From the NCBI GenBank assembly GCA_045641625.1, contig JAZUHH010000027.1, positions 1,582 to 65,581 on the forward strand: a DNA stretch of 64,000 nt, in the 5' to 3' direction. This stretch comes from Paludibacteraceae bacterium. GTDB lineage: Bacteria; Bacteroidota; Bacteroidia; Bacteroidales; Paludibacteraceae. The notes under the pieces are model-generated. The model ran no database searches. It saw only the letters and a program-made list of their open reading frames with translations, and was not told the DNA's origin. The position numbers and the translations under genes are program-made. Below are positions 1 through 8,251 of this stretch, piece by piece; positions within the stretch are counted from its first letter, which is position 1; each line of letters opens with the position of its first letter.

Positions 1-1020
1 CTCTGTGTTGATAGACGGACCAAGGTTCACCGGTGCAGACCATCCCTCAGAAGTCTTCATTGATCTCCAGATGTCCTTGCCTCCGAAACCGCCGTCCATG
101 TCGCTTACGAAGTAAAGGTACTTTCCGTCAGCTGACAGAGCCGGATGTGCCACAGTTATCGTGCTGTCCTTCAGGAGCGCTATTCTCTGGCTTTTGCCCC
201 ATTTGCCGCCTTGTCTGGTTGCTGTCCATATCTCTGCTCCGTGAGTCTCTCCCTTGATGTACGGGCAGCGTGTGTAGATCATAGTCTTGCCGTCGGCAGA
301 GAAGCATGGGTTGCTCTCGTCGCTCTCTGTGTTCATGTCTCCCTCCACAAGCTCCAGGTTGTCCCATTTGCCGACTGCGTTTCTCTTGGCCATATAGATG
401 TCCCTGTTCGGAGTTCCCGTGATGTTGCTTGTCTTGTGCGAAGTCTGCTTGTTGTCCCTTGATGACGAGAAGTAGATCACTGTGCTGTCTCCCTCGGGGT
501 GAACTGGGCATCCGTCGCTCTTCTTGCTCGAGAAGAAGTCCTCCTTTTTGACGATGTATCTTGATCCGGCTTTTTCGCGCTCTGCAGACTCTATTGCCGC
601 AAGCTTTCCGTTCACGGCTACGAGCGAGTTTGTGTCAAGCTTCATGTAGATGTCATAGTTCTCTATGGCCTCCTTGTACTTCTTGCTTCTGCGCAGGATG
701 TCTGCGTACCTCAAGTACACGTCCTTGTCCGTATGCTTGTATCTGATTGCGTTTGCGAAGGCTCTCTCCGCCTTGTCGTACTCTCCGACCTTCTGGTAGC
801 ACATGCCCATTTTGTATGCCACATACGCCTTCTTCTGCTTCTCCTTTGTGATGTTCACTCTCGGGTATGCGCCCTTGTAGATGTTGGCCGCCTTGTAGTA
901 TTCTCCGATAGCGTATTTCTTGTCTGCCTTTTTAATCTGCTTGTTTACGGAACATGAGCAGAGTAATATGCTGAAAATAAATGTGATAGCTATAACTAGT
1001 TTATTTGTCATCTTATTCAT
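1..1020 (-). CDS. Lipoprotein with TPR repeats followed by WD40-like (PD40/TolB-type) beta-propeller repeats; partial, C-terminus lies beyond the left window edge
   Basis: Missing from the ORF track because it is open at the window edge. The reverse complement of 1..1020 reads stop-free from ATG at 1018-1020. It gives MNKMTNKLVIAITFIFSILLCSCS (lipoprotein signal plus Cys), TPR-like YYKAANIYKGAY..AYKMGMCYQKVGEYDKAERAF, then PD40-like repeats (DSTVIYFSS, NPCFSADGKTMIY, HPALSADGKYLYFVSD..GGKDIW, GWSAPVNLGPSINTE). Confidence 0.75.
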   Translation of the reverse strand, partial: MNKMTNKLVIAITFIFSILLCSCSVNKQIKKADKKYAIGEYYKAANIYKGAYPRVNITKEKQKKAYVAYKMGMCYQKVGEYDKAERAFANAIRYKHTDKDVYLRYADILRRSKKYKEAIENYDIYMKLDTNSLVAVNGKLAAIESAEREKAGSRYIVKKEDFFSSKKSDGCPVHPEGDSTVIYFSSSRDNKQTSHKTSNITGTPNRDIYMAKRNAVGKWDNLELVEGDMNTESDESNPCFSADGKTMIYTRCPYIKGETHGAEIWTATRQGGKWGKSQRIALLKDSTITVAHPALSADGKYLYFVSDMDGGFGGKDIWRSMKTSEGWSAPVNLGPSINTE

Positions 1021-1119
1021 GTTTGCTTGAGTGAAAAGATACTGCAAAGATACGAAATTCAAACGAAAAATCCAAATTTTTGGGCGGTTAAATTAGGGTG
1101 TTTTCAGGTGATTTTTCAT

Positions 1120-1164
1120 GTCTGAAAACAAGAGGGAGGACAAGCGTGTGCGTGTCCTCCCTCT
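1120..1164 (-). terminator. Rho-independent terminator downstream of the remnant purF-like 3' end (probably the original purF terminator)
   Basis: 12-bp perfect stem agagggaggaca (1131-1142) / tgtcctccctct (1153-1164) with a 10-nt loop. On the minus strand it is followed by ttgttttcag. Confidence 0.6.
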
Positions 1165-1191
1165 TGTATGGTTGCGTGTGAGTTCCCCCTT

Positions 1192-1272
1192 TTAGTCTCC
1201 GTAGCTGCTTCCGTCGAAACAGTGTGTGCAGACGCACTCCTTTGGCAGACCTATGGCCTCGATGATGTTCTC
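1192..1272. repeat. 81-bp direct repeat, copy 1: orphan copy of the stop codon plus last 26 codons of the purF-like gene
   Basis: Base-for-base identical to 1945..2025 (ttagtctccgtagctgcttccgtcgaaacagtgtgtgcagacgcactcctttggcagacctatggcctcgatgatgttctc). Confidence 0.95.
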
Positions 1273-1288
1273 ATGTAGTCAAAGTTCA

Positions 1289-1795
1289 TTAAAAGTTTTC
1301 TTCACTATATTTTTCCTCTAAATATAGTTGATATAGAGATTTTCCTATTTCGTCACGTTTAAAACAACGTTCGTGGCTCATCGGTCTCATGGATAGCCTT
1401 ACCTTATAAACGCCATTTTTAAACAGTTCAAGTACATCAGGAGTTATGGGAAATTGTGCAGTTGACTTTACTATTGGAGTCGAATTAACTGCGTTGCCTA
1501 TGACGTATCCATTTGAAGTTTCAGTAGTGTTCCCAATAACTTTACCATGTAAGGTTATTACATAATTGTCAAAGGTGCGGACTTTCATTGTGGGGTTGTC
1601 GAGAAAGTACATTCTGTCTGACATCACTGTTGCAATTATAAAATAACTGGTATCTTGTTTGACTACACTATATTCCATTTCGCAACCTTCTTCTGCAAAC
1701 GGCTTGTATGTATATTTTACAGACTTTGCAAAAGCGGATGACACATGAATCACCATTATTGTTGCTACAAATATGTATTTAATAAAGTTTTTCAT
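1289..1795 (-). CDS. Hypothetical secreted protein (168 aa), cargo of the purF-3' cassette
   Basis: ATG-started ORF with N-terminal signal peptide MKNFIKYIFVATIMVIHVSSAFA. The DNA is visibly AT-rich relative to its flanks. I recognise no motif. Confidence 0.6.
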   Translation of the reverse strand: MKNFIKYIFVATIMVIHVSSAFAKSVKYTYKPFAEEGCEMEYSVVKQDTSYFIIATVMSDRMYFLDNPTMKVRTFDNYVITLHGKVIGNTTETSNGYVIGNAVNSTPIVKSTAQFPITPDVLELFKNGVYKVRLSMRPMSHERCFKRDEIGKSLYQLYLEEKYSEENF

Positions 1796-1889
1796 AATGT
1801 ATAGAATCTTTAAAAATGTGATTGCGCAAGTTAGTGAAAAAAAATGTATTAGAGTGCAAAAATGAAATAATATTTGGGGTTGAGGCTAT

Positions 1890-1921
1890 GAAAAAAATGC
1901 CACCCCTTTCGAGATGGCATT
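1890..1921 (-). terminator. Rho-independent terminator directly after the functional purF-like stop codon
   Basis: On the minus strand, aatgcca / tggcatt form a stem (1896-1902 / 1915-1921) followed by a T7 run (the A-run at 1891-1897 on plus). Confidence 0.55.
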
Positions 1922-1944
1922 GTATTGTGAACTGCTGACGAAGG

Positions 1945-2025
1945 TTAGTCTCCGTAGCTGCTTCCGTCGAAACAGTGTGTGCAGACGCACTCCTTTGGCA
2001 GACCTATGGCCTCGATGATGTTCTC
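1945..2025. repeat. 81-bp direct repeat, copy 2: the in-gene 3' end of the purF-like CDS
   Basis: Identical to 1192..1272. It starts exactly at the stop codon (tta at 1945-1947). Confidence 0.95.
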
Positions 2026-3354
2026 GAGAGTGTTGAACTTCAATGAGTCCATTCCAAGACGCTTGCGGATTTCGTCAACCATCCTGTTGTATCTCTCTGT
2101 TCCCGGAGTGATGTACTCGTCGATGTGGGCGTTCATGTCTCCGCCCTCAAGCTCCTGGACGATGCGTCGAGTGATAAGCTCAAGCACCGACTTTGAAGCC
2201 GAGAAGTTGATGAACGGACAGCCGTAAAGCAACGGTGGACAGCTGATACGCATGTGCACCTGCTTTGCTCCGTATTCGTAAAGCACCTTCACGTTGTCTC
2301 TCAACTGGGTGCCTCGCACGATTGAGTCGTCGCAGAACATGGCAACCTTGTCCTTCAACAGAGCCTTGTTAGGGACAAGCTTCATGCTTGCCACAAGCTC
2401 TCTCATCTTCTGGTTTGTAGGAGTGAACGAACGCGGCCAAGTAGGAGTGTACTTCACGATGGCGCGTCTGTATGGGACGTTAAGTCCGTTCGAGTATCCA
2501 AGCGCATGGCCGATTCCTGAGTCTGGAATGGCGGCAACATAGTCAGGCTTGACATCGTCGTCCTTTGACATCAAAAGACCGCTCTTTACACGGAATTCGT
2601 CCACGTTGATGTCCTCGTATGTTGAAGGTGGGTAACCGTAGTATATCCACATGAACGAACAAATCTGCATCTTGGGCTCAGGCTTGCGAATCTGCTCGAA
2701 CTTGTCGGCGTTGATAAGCACGATTTCGCCCGGTCCGATGTTATACACAGCCTCGTAGCCGAGGTTAGGGAACGCCACAGTCTCGCCAGTCACTGCGTGG
2801 GCACCGTCCTTCTTGCCGATAACGAGCGGCAGACGTCCGTACTTGTCCCTGGCTGCGATGATTCCGTTCTCTGTGAGAAGGAGCATTGTGCATGAACCCT
2901 TGATTGTGTTATATACTTTCTCGATGCCGTCAACGAAGTCCTTGCCCTCGGTGATAAGCATTGCGATAAGCTCGCTTTGGTTTGTGTCTCCACCGCTGAA
3001 CTCAGCGAAGTGGTGCATACGGTCGAGCAAATCCTTCTCTATTTCCTTGAGGTTGTTGACCTTTGCCACAGTAACCAGCGCAAACCTTCCCAAATGGCTG
3101 TTTACGATGATTGGCTGCGAGTCAGTGTCGCTTATGACACCGATGCCGGAGTTACCGACAAACTTTTCCAGTTCCGACTCAAACTTTGTGCGGAAGTATG
3201 TGCTCTCCAAATTGTGGATTGAACGAACGAATCCCTTCTCGGAAAGAGTCGCAAGACCGCCTCTCTTTGTGCCAAGATGTGAATTATAGTCTGTTCCGTA
3301 GAACAAATCTTTAATACAACTTTCCTTGCCTATTGTACCAAAAACACCACCCAT
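1945..3354 (-). CDS. purF: Amidophosphoribosyltransferase-family protein (PurF-like paralog lacking the N-terminal Cys nucleophile)
   Basis: PRTase PRPP loop VAMFCDDSIVRGTQL. Class-II amidotransferase-like N-domain (GNSGIGVISDTDSQPI). Cys-rich region ISCPPLLYGCPF. Start chosen at MGGVFG (3352-3354), which aligns with the canonical MCG(I/V)xG start. The upstream in-frame extension to 3420 is unlikely. Confidence 0.75.
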   Translation of the reverse strand: MGGVFGTIGKESCIKDLFYGTDYNSHLGTKRGGLATLSEKGFVRSIHNLESTYFRTKFESELEKFVGNSGIGVISDTDSQPIIVNSHLGRFALVTVAKVNNLKEIEKDLLDRMHHFAEFSGGDTNQSELIAMLITEGKDFVDGIEKVYNTIKGSCTMLLLTENGIIAARDKYGRLPLVIGKKDGAHAVTGETVAFPNLGYEAVYNIGPGEIVLINADKFEQIRKPEPKMQICSFMWIYYGYPPSTYEDINVDEFRVKSGLLMSKDDDVKPDYVAAIPDSGIGHALGYSNGLNVPYRRAIVKYTPTWPRSFTPTNQKMRELVASMKLVPNKALLKDKVAMFCDDSIVRGTQLRDNVKVLYEYGAKQVHMRISCPPLLYGCPFINFSASKSVLELITRRIVQELEGGDMNAHIDEYITPGTERYNRMVDEIRKRLGMDSLKFNTLENIIEAIGLPKECVCTHCFDGSSYGD

Positions 3355-4314
3355 TGTTTTTCTGACAAAAATTTTATGATTTGTGTGCAAAGTTAGTGAT
3401 TTATGTTTTTTATGGTGCATAAATCATTAAAAATATAGCAAAAAGTTGCGTAATCTGCTGAATTGATAGCTGAATGTACAGATTTGTGCGATGGGTGGAA
3501 TGGAAGCTCGTCAGTGAAGTGTAACAGTCAGGGCTGTAGTTTCTGACTTGCAGGAATGAATGTGGAACTGACTTCCAGGGTGTGGAAAATGTGTGGAGGA
3601 AGGTCATGGAAAGAGGACCGGAAACACACTCCTTCCACGTCTCCTTCCACACTCCTTCCACGATGAAATTCCACCTTCCTTCCATGATTGCGTGGAAGGT
3701 GCTCCTTCCGCACTTTTAGATATATACGAAGTATATATATCTAAGTTGGAGGGTGGAAGCATCTTCCTTCCGCATCCTACACCATAAAAAATACCGGAAC
3801 GGAAAGCCGCTTTTCCGTGCAGTTCCATTGTCATGAAAATCGGGTCTGAAAAGCAGGTCTGTTCAGCTGTGCCGGTCATGCTTTCGTGAGGTTCACACTC
3901 TGCGCTTTCCGGACAGTCAGTTCCGGTCAGATAAGCACGAATTTCAATTCTCCGGTCAGTTTCGTTGGGAAGGTTCCGGCATGCTTCCGTTCCATTCCTA
4001 TGCCAGTGAAAGTGGAAAAACAAGGTTTCGTGACGGTGTGTTTTGTCTCTTTCATGCCGGTCAAGTTCTGCGCCTGCCGCTCCAGGTGTATGTGATTGGT
4101 AATGAAATTTTTTGAACAAAAATGCAAAATTATTTCCTAAATGTTTTGGTTGTTCGGAAATTATTGCTATCTTTGCATCGTGAAAGTGATAAAACCTGAA
4201 CAATAGTTTTTGTCGTCTGTGTTGTTTCCGGTTAGTCCAACAGTTTTTTTGAATGTCAAACCCAAGCCCTCAAGCTATGAAAAGTCCGTAAAATCCATAT
4301 CCCGAAGTCATATA

Positions 4315-4346
4315 ACAAAAAAATGGGATGATTTCTCACCCCATTC
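4315..4346 (-). terminator. Rho-independent terminator of the acyltransferase gene
   Basis: Minus strand reads aatggg-gtgagaaatcat-cccatt followed by ttttttt (the A-run at 4317-4323 on plus). It lies about 30 nt after the stop at 4376. Confidence 0.6.
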
Positions 4347-4375
4347 ACTTATTCGCCAAAGCGTTGTTTAATTGA

Positions 4376-4939
4376 CTATACTGCAAAGTTTTCAGGGTGT
4401 CTGCCCTGGATGTTGTTGTCAATGTACCATTGCTTGATTCTTTCGATGTCCTTGTCCATTTCACCGGTAGGCACGAACGAACCGTCAATGATTATGATCT
4501 TTCTCTTGAAGTCGAGACCTGCCAGCAGAAGCGGCACATTCGCATGCTGTGAGATAAGGTAGAACCCGCGCTTCCAGTTCTTGTTTCTCTTGCGTGTACC
4601 CTCCGGAGTCACGGCAAGCTGGAACGATTCGTGGTTGTTCATCTCGTCAACAACAGCGTCAACCAGGTTGTTCTTTTTCCCTCTGTCAACACCAATTCCA
4701 CCCAAAGGTTTGATGATGAGTCCGAAAGGGAAGTCGGTCCAGAACTTTTTGATCAGGAACTTGGGCTTTATACCCAGGTCAAGGGCAGAATAGCACAGTC
4801 TGCCCACGATGAAATCCCAGTTGCTGGTGTGCGGAGCGACGCAGAAGACGCACTTGTTCGGCATCTTCTCGAGTCTGTTGTCAATGCTCCACCCGCCCAT
4901 TTTCAGGATAGCACCGCATACTTTGCTTGAAAAGGACAT
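4376..4939 (-). CDS. 1-acyl-sn-glycerol-3-phosphate / lysophospholipid acyltransferase family protein
   Basis: Acyltransferase motif I HTSNWDF (HX4D) and motif III VTPEGTR. Confidence 0.75.
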   Translation of the reverse strand: MSFSSKVCGAILKMGGWSIDNRLEKMPNKCVFCVAPHTSNWDFIVGRLCYSALDLGIKPKFLIKKFWTDFPFGLIIKPLGGIGVDRGKKNNLVDAVVDEMNNHESFQLAVTPEGTRKRNKNWKRGFYLISQHANVPLLLAGLDFKRKIIIIDGSFVPTGEMDKDIERIKQWYIDNNIQGRHPENFAV

Positions 4940-4981
4940 AATCTATTAATCTCTATAAATCTATTGTTCTCTATTGTTCTT

Positions 4982-6064
4982 CTATTTGCTCTTGAAGTAG
5001 CGTTCGTAGCCCTCCTTGATGCTGTCGAACACGTCCTTCACGGACTCGATCTTCTCGGCTCTGTATGCGTTAGATCCGCAGAAAGCGTATCCGTTGTTCA
5101 GCTTGCCCTTGAAGGCGTTGAAAAGCGCCATGACGATGCAGTACGGTGAAGTCTCTCCGTTGCAGGTCTTGATGCAGTTCACCGCGCAAGTCTTGGGGTG
5201 CTTCTCTCCGTTGCGTACCTTGTCAAGGAACTCGTTGTTGATTGCACGTCCGGGCATTCCCACGGGGCTCTTGATGATTGTGATGTCCGACTCCTTGGCG
5301 TTGATGTACTGCTGCTTGAATGCAATGTCAGCGTCACACTCGTCAGTAGTTACAAAACGTGTGCCAAGCTGAACTGCGTCGGCACCAAGCTCCATGATTT
5401 TTGCCGCATCCTCGCCTGTATAGATGCCACCGCCTGCGATTACAGGGATGACCTTCTCGTCCTGGTACTCCTTGGCTACAGCCACAACCTCTGGAACGGT
5501 CTTCTCCAACGCGAAGTTCTCGTCGAAAATCTGTTCAGGCTTGTATCCCAGGTGTCCACCCGCCTTAGGTCCCTCGACAACGATAGCGTCAGGCAGATAG
5601 TTGTATAGCGACTTCCACTTCTGGCAGATAAGCTTTGCGGCTCTTGCCGAAGATACGATAGGAGCAAGCTTAGTCACCGAATCCTTGGAAAGGAACGAAG
5701 GCAGGTCCAATGGCAGACCAGCACCGGAAAAGATGATGTCAGCCTTCTCCTGGATAGCAGTCTTGCACAAGTCCGCATAGTTGCTCAAAGCCACCATCAC
5801 GTTGACACCGATGATTCCCTTTGACTTTTCTCTGGCTGCCTTTATCTCCTCTTTCAATCCATAGACGCTTGCCTTCAGATAGTCAGGGCTGAACTTTCTG
5901 TAAAGCAGTCCCATGCCTGCCGCAGAGATCACACCTATGCCTCCCTGGTTGGCTACTGCCGATGCCAGACCGGATAGCGAGATGCCTACACCCATTCCTC
6001 CTTGAATAATTGGCACTCTTAAATTCAAATCGCCAATCTTTATCTCTTTCATCATAATTTTCAA
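4982..6064 (-). CDS. Nitronate monooxygenase / FabK-like NAD(P)H-dependent flavin oxidoreductase
   Basis: Motifs VPIIQGGMGVGIS, EGPKAGGHLG and IPVIAGGGIYTGED are typical of the NMO/2-nitropropane dioxygenase (enoyl-ACP reductase II) TIM-barrel family. Confidence 0.7.
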   Translation of the reverse strand: MKIMMKEIKIGDLNLRVPIIQGGMGVGISLSGLASAVANQGGIGVISAAGMGLLYRKFSPDYLKASVYGLKEEIKAAREKSKGIIGVNVMVALSNYADLCKTAIQEKADIIFSGAGLPLDLPSFLSKDSVTKLAPIVSSARAAKLICQKWKSLYNYLPDAIVVEGPKAGGHLGYKPEQIFDENFALEKTVPEVVAVAKEYQDEKVIPVIAGGGIYTGEDAAKIMELGADAVQLGTRFVTTDECDADIAFKQQYINAKESDITIIKSPVGMPGRAINNEFLDKVRNGEKHPKTCAVNCIKTCNGETSPYCIVMALFNAFKGKLNNGYAFCGSNAYRAEKIESVKDVFDSIKEGYERYFKSK

Positions 6065-6229
6065 AATTTTTGCAAAAGTAATTATTTTAATTCAATTTTT
6101 GTCCTTTTTATGAAAAAGTTTGTTCGATAAACACTGTATTGTTACAAGTCGGGCAACTTGGCCCGTATAGGTCCGGATGTTGCCCGCAGTTTTGAAATTG
6201 AGCGAAAAAGCATTAACTTTGTACCCATT

Positions 6230-8182
6230 ATGGATAGACACCAAAGCATAGACGCACATTTCCAGAGACAGCAGCAGCTGTTGAAAATGGAGTATGACCA
6301 CGAGAAGCAGGCCTTTGAACAGCGCAGTAAACTGACTGAAATAGCATGGAAGGTCAAGCACGGCGTGTGCTGGTTCCCACTGACTGTGGGACGAAGCTAC
6401 TATAACGCCGTGAACCAGTTCTGTGTGGATGTATTCAGGAACGGAGGGGCATCGGCAAGCCCGGACCAGCCGAACGAAAACTCTGAGTTCGAGTATGGCA
6501 AGCCGGTGGCGTTCTTCACCCAGAGCGGACTGGGCGAGGCCAAGCCTACGGGAGTGACCGGTACGGTGAGCTATGTCGAGGACAACCGCATGGTGGTCGT
6601 GCTGAACCGTGAGGGAGACATAAACCTGCTCAAGACAAACGACATGCTTGGTGTCCAGCTCTATTTTGACGAGACAACCTATCAGCTGATGTTCTCGGCT
6701 CTGCGTTCGGTGCAGTTGGCCAAGGGCGACAGGACTGCATACCTCAGGGATCTGCTCCTAAGCCGCCAGCCTGCCGAGTTCCGTACCCTTGCGCCGATGT
6801 CATTCCCCTGGCTGAACGAAAGCCAGGAGGGAGCGGTGAACAAGGTGCTGAACGCACGCGAAGTGGCAATAGTCCACGGACCTCCGGGAACGGGCAAGAC
6901 CACAACCCTGGTCGAGGCTATTTGCGAAACACTGAACAGGGAGAACCAGATACTTGTCTGCGCACAGAGCAACATGGCTGTCGATTGGATAAGCGAACAG
7001 CTCAGCGACCGCGGTGTCAGCGTTCTGCGCATCGGAAATCCGACCAGAGTGACTGACAAGATGCTGGGATACACATACGAGCGACGTTTTGAAAGCCATC
7101 CGCTATACCACGACCTGTGGAGCGTGAGACAGGCTATACGCAATCTGCAGCAGTCCAAGAACAGCGGAAACAGACGCGAGGCGAGAGCCAAGATAGCAAA
7201 CCTGCGTGACCGTGGGACAAACCTGGAGCTCGCTATCAGACACGACCTGTTCGACCAGTGCAGAATCGTTGCCTGCACACTGACCGGAGCGGCACACAGA
7301 CTGCTCGACGGAATACGTTTCCAGAGCCTGTTCATCGACGAGGCGGCTCAGGCGCTCGAGGCTGCGTGCTGGATAGCGATACGCAAGGCTGACCGCGTGA
7401 TATTCGCCGGTGACCATTGCCAGCTGCCGCCCACGATAAAGTGCGTGGAAGCCGCAAACAAGGGGCTTGCCGAGACTCTGATGGAGCAGGTGTCGGTGAA
7501 CAAGCCGGAATGTGTCTCGTTCCTGAACCTGCAGTACAGAATGCACGAGACAATAGTGAAGTTCCCTTCGGAGTGGTTCTATGGCGGCGAACTGAAGACA
7601 AGCCCTACGGTGAAGCACCGCAACATACTCGAGTTTGACGCACCTCTGGTCTGGCTTGACACCCAGGGACTTGGGTTCGAGGAGGAGATGACCAACGACC
7701 AGAGCGGAAGGTACAACGAGGGCGAGGCACTGTTCATAGTGGAACAGCTCGAGAAGTACATCCAGAAGCTCGGAACTCAGCGAGTGAAGAACGAACGCAT
7801 AGACTTCGGTCTGATTTCCCCATACAAGAGCCAGGTGCAGAGACTGCGCAAGAAGGTCAGGTTCAGCCCGGCACTGAAGCCGGTGAGGTCTGCCATTACG
7901 GTGAACACCATTGACGGATTCCAGGGACAGGAACGTGACGTGATACTTATATCGCTGGTGCGTGCCAACGACGACGGAAACATCGGATTCCTGCGCGAGC
8001 TGAGAAGAATGAACGTGGCAATAACAAGAGCCAGAATGAAGCTGATAATAGTCGGTGACAGCGAGACTCTAACACGCCACGCATTCTACAGGAAGCTCTA
8101 CAACCACGTCCAAAGCGAGGGCAAGGTCATTGCCTTTCAACCTGAGGAGGGCAGTGGCGACAGTGAAAACAGGAGCATGTAG
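6230..8182 (+). CDS. Upf1/IGHMBP2-like SF1 helicase
   Basis: Walker A HGPPGTGKTTT, Walker B LFIDEAAQALE, then FAGDHCQLPPTI, QYRMHETI, TIDGFQGQERDVILISLVRAN and MNVAITRARMKLIIVG. Start taken at the first ATG (6230) in the frame of track ORF 6158. Confidence 0.8.
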   Translation: MDRHQSIDAHFQRQQQLLKMEYDHEKQAFEQRSKLTEIAWKVKHGVCWFPLTVGRSYYNAVNQFCVDVFRNGGASASPDQPNENSEFEYGKPVAFFTQSGLGEAKPTGVTGTVSYVEDNRMVVVLNREGDINLLKTNDMLGVQLYFDETTYQLMFSALRSVQLAKGDRTAYLRDLLLSRQPAEFRTLAPMSFPWLNESQEGAVNKVLNAREVAIVHGPPGTGKTTTLVEAICETLNRENQILVCAQSNMAVDWISEQLSDRGVSVLRIGNPTRVTDKMLGYTYERRFESHPLYHDLWSVRQAIRNLQQSKNSGNRREARAKIANLRDRGTNLELAIRHDLFDQCRIVACTLTGAAHRLLDGIRFQSLFIDEAAQALEAACWIAIRKADRVIFAGDHCQLPPTIKCVEAANKGLAETLMEQVSVNKPECVSFLNLQYRMHETIVKFPSEWFYGGELKTSPTVKHRNILEFDAPLVWLDTQGLGFEEEMTNDQSGRYNEGEALFIVEQLEKYIQKLGTQRVKNERIDFGLISPYKSQVQRLRKKVRFSPALKPVRSAITVNTIDGFQGQERDVILISLVRANDDGNIGFLRELRRMNVAITRARMKLIIVGDSETLTRHAFYRKLYNHVQSEGKVIAFQPEEGSGDSENRSM

Positions 8183-8251
8183 TGAATAAAGCAAAGGCGA
8201 GACACTTGCCTGTGCCTCGCCAATTCTATCTGTCTTTGGGGTGTCCGTTAC

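Noticed and set aside
33-957. Track ORFs 33..257(+), 128..511(-), 145..462(+), 561..746(+) and 733..957(+).
   Set aside because: All lie inside, and out of frame with or antisense to, the stop-free minus-strand reading frame 1..1020. That frame encodes a coherent lipoprotein signal plus TPR and PD40 repeats. The listed ORFs have Cys/Arg/Leu-rich nonsense composition.
3604-4203. 199-aa minus-strand ORF (and the smaller ORFs 3410..3685, 3528..3713, 3593..3787, 3886..4095, 3927..4127) in the purF-upstream gap.
   Set aside because: The sequence has odd His/Arg/Gly/Cys-rich composition and no recognisable motif. It overlaps the CTCCTTCCAC/GTGGAAGG repeat field, which generates the open frames. 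No promoter or start context is evident. It is kept as a non-coding curiosity in the findings rather than called as a gene.
6682-7761. Several minus-strand ORFs (217, 99, 171, 89 and 60 aa) and one plus-strand ORF (7417..7638, 73 aa) within the IGHMBP2-like helicase gene.
   Set aside because: They are shadow ORFs, antisense to or out of frame with a CDS that contains all the SF1 helicase motifs.
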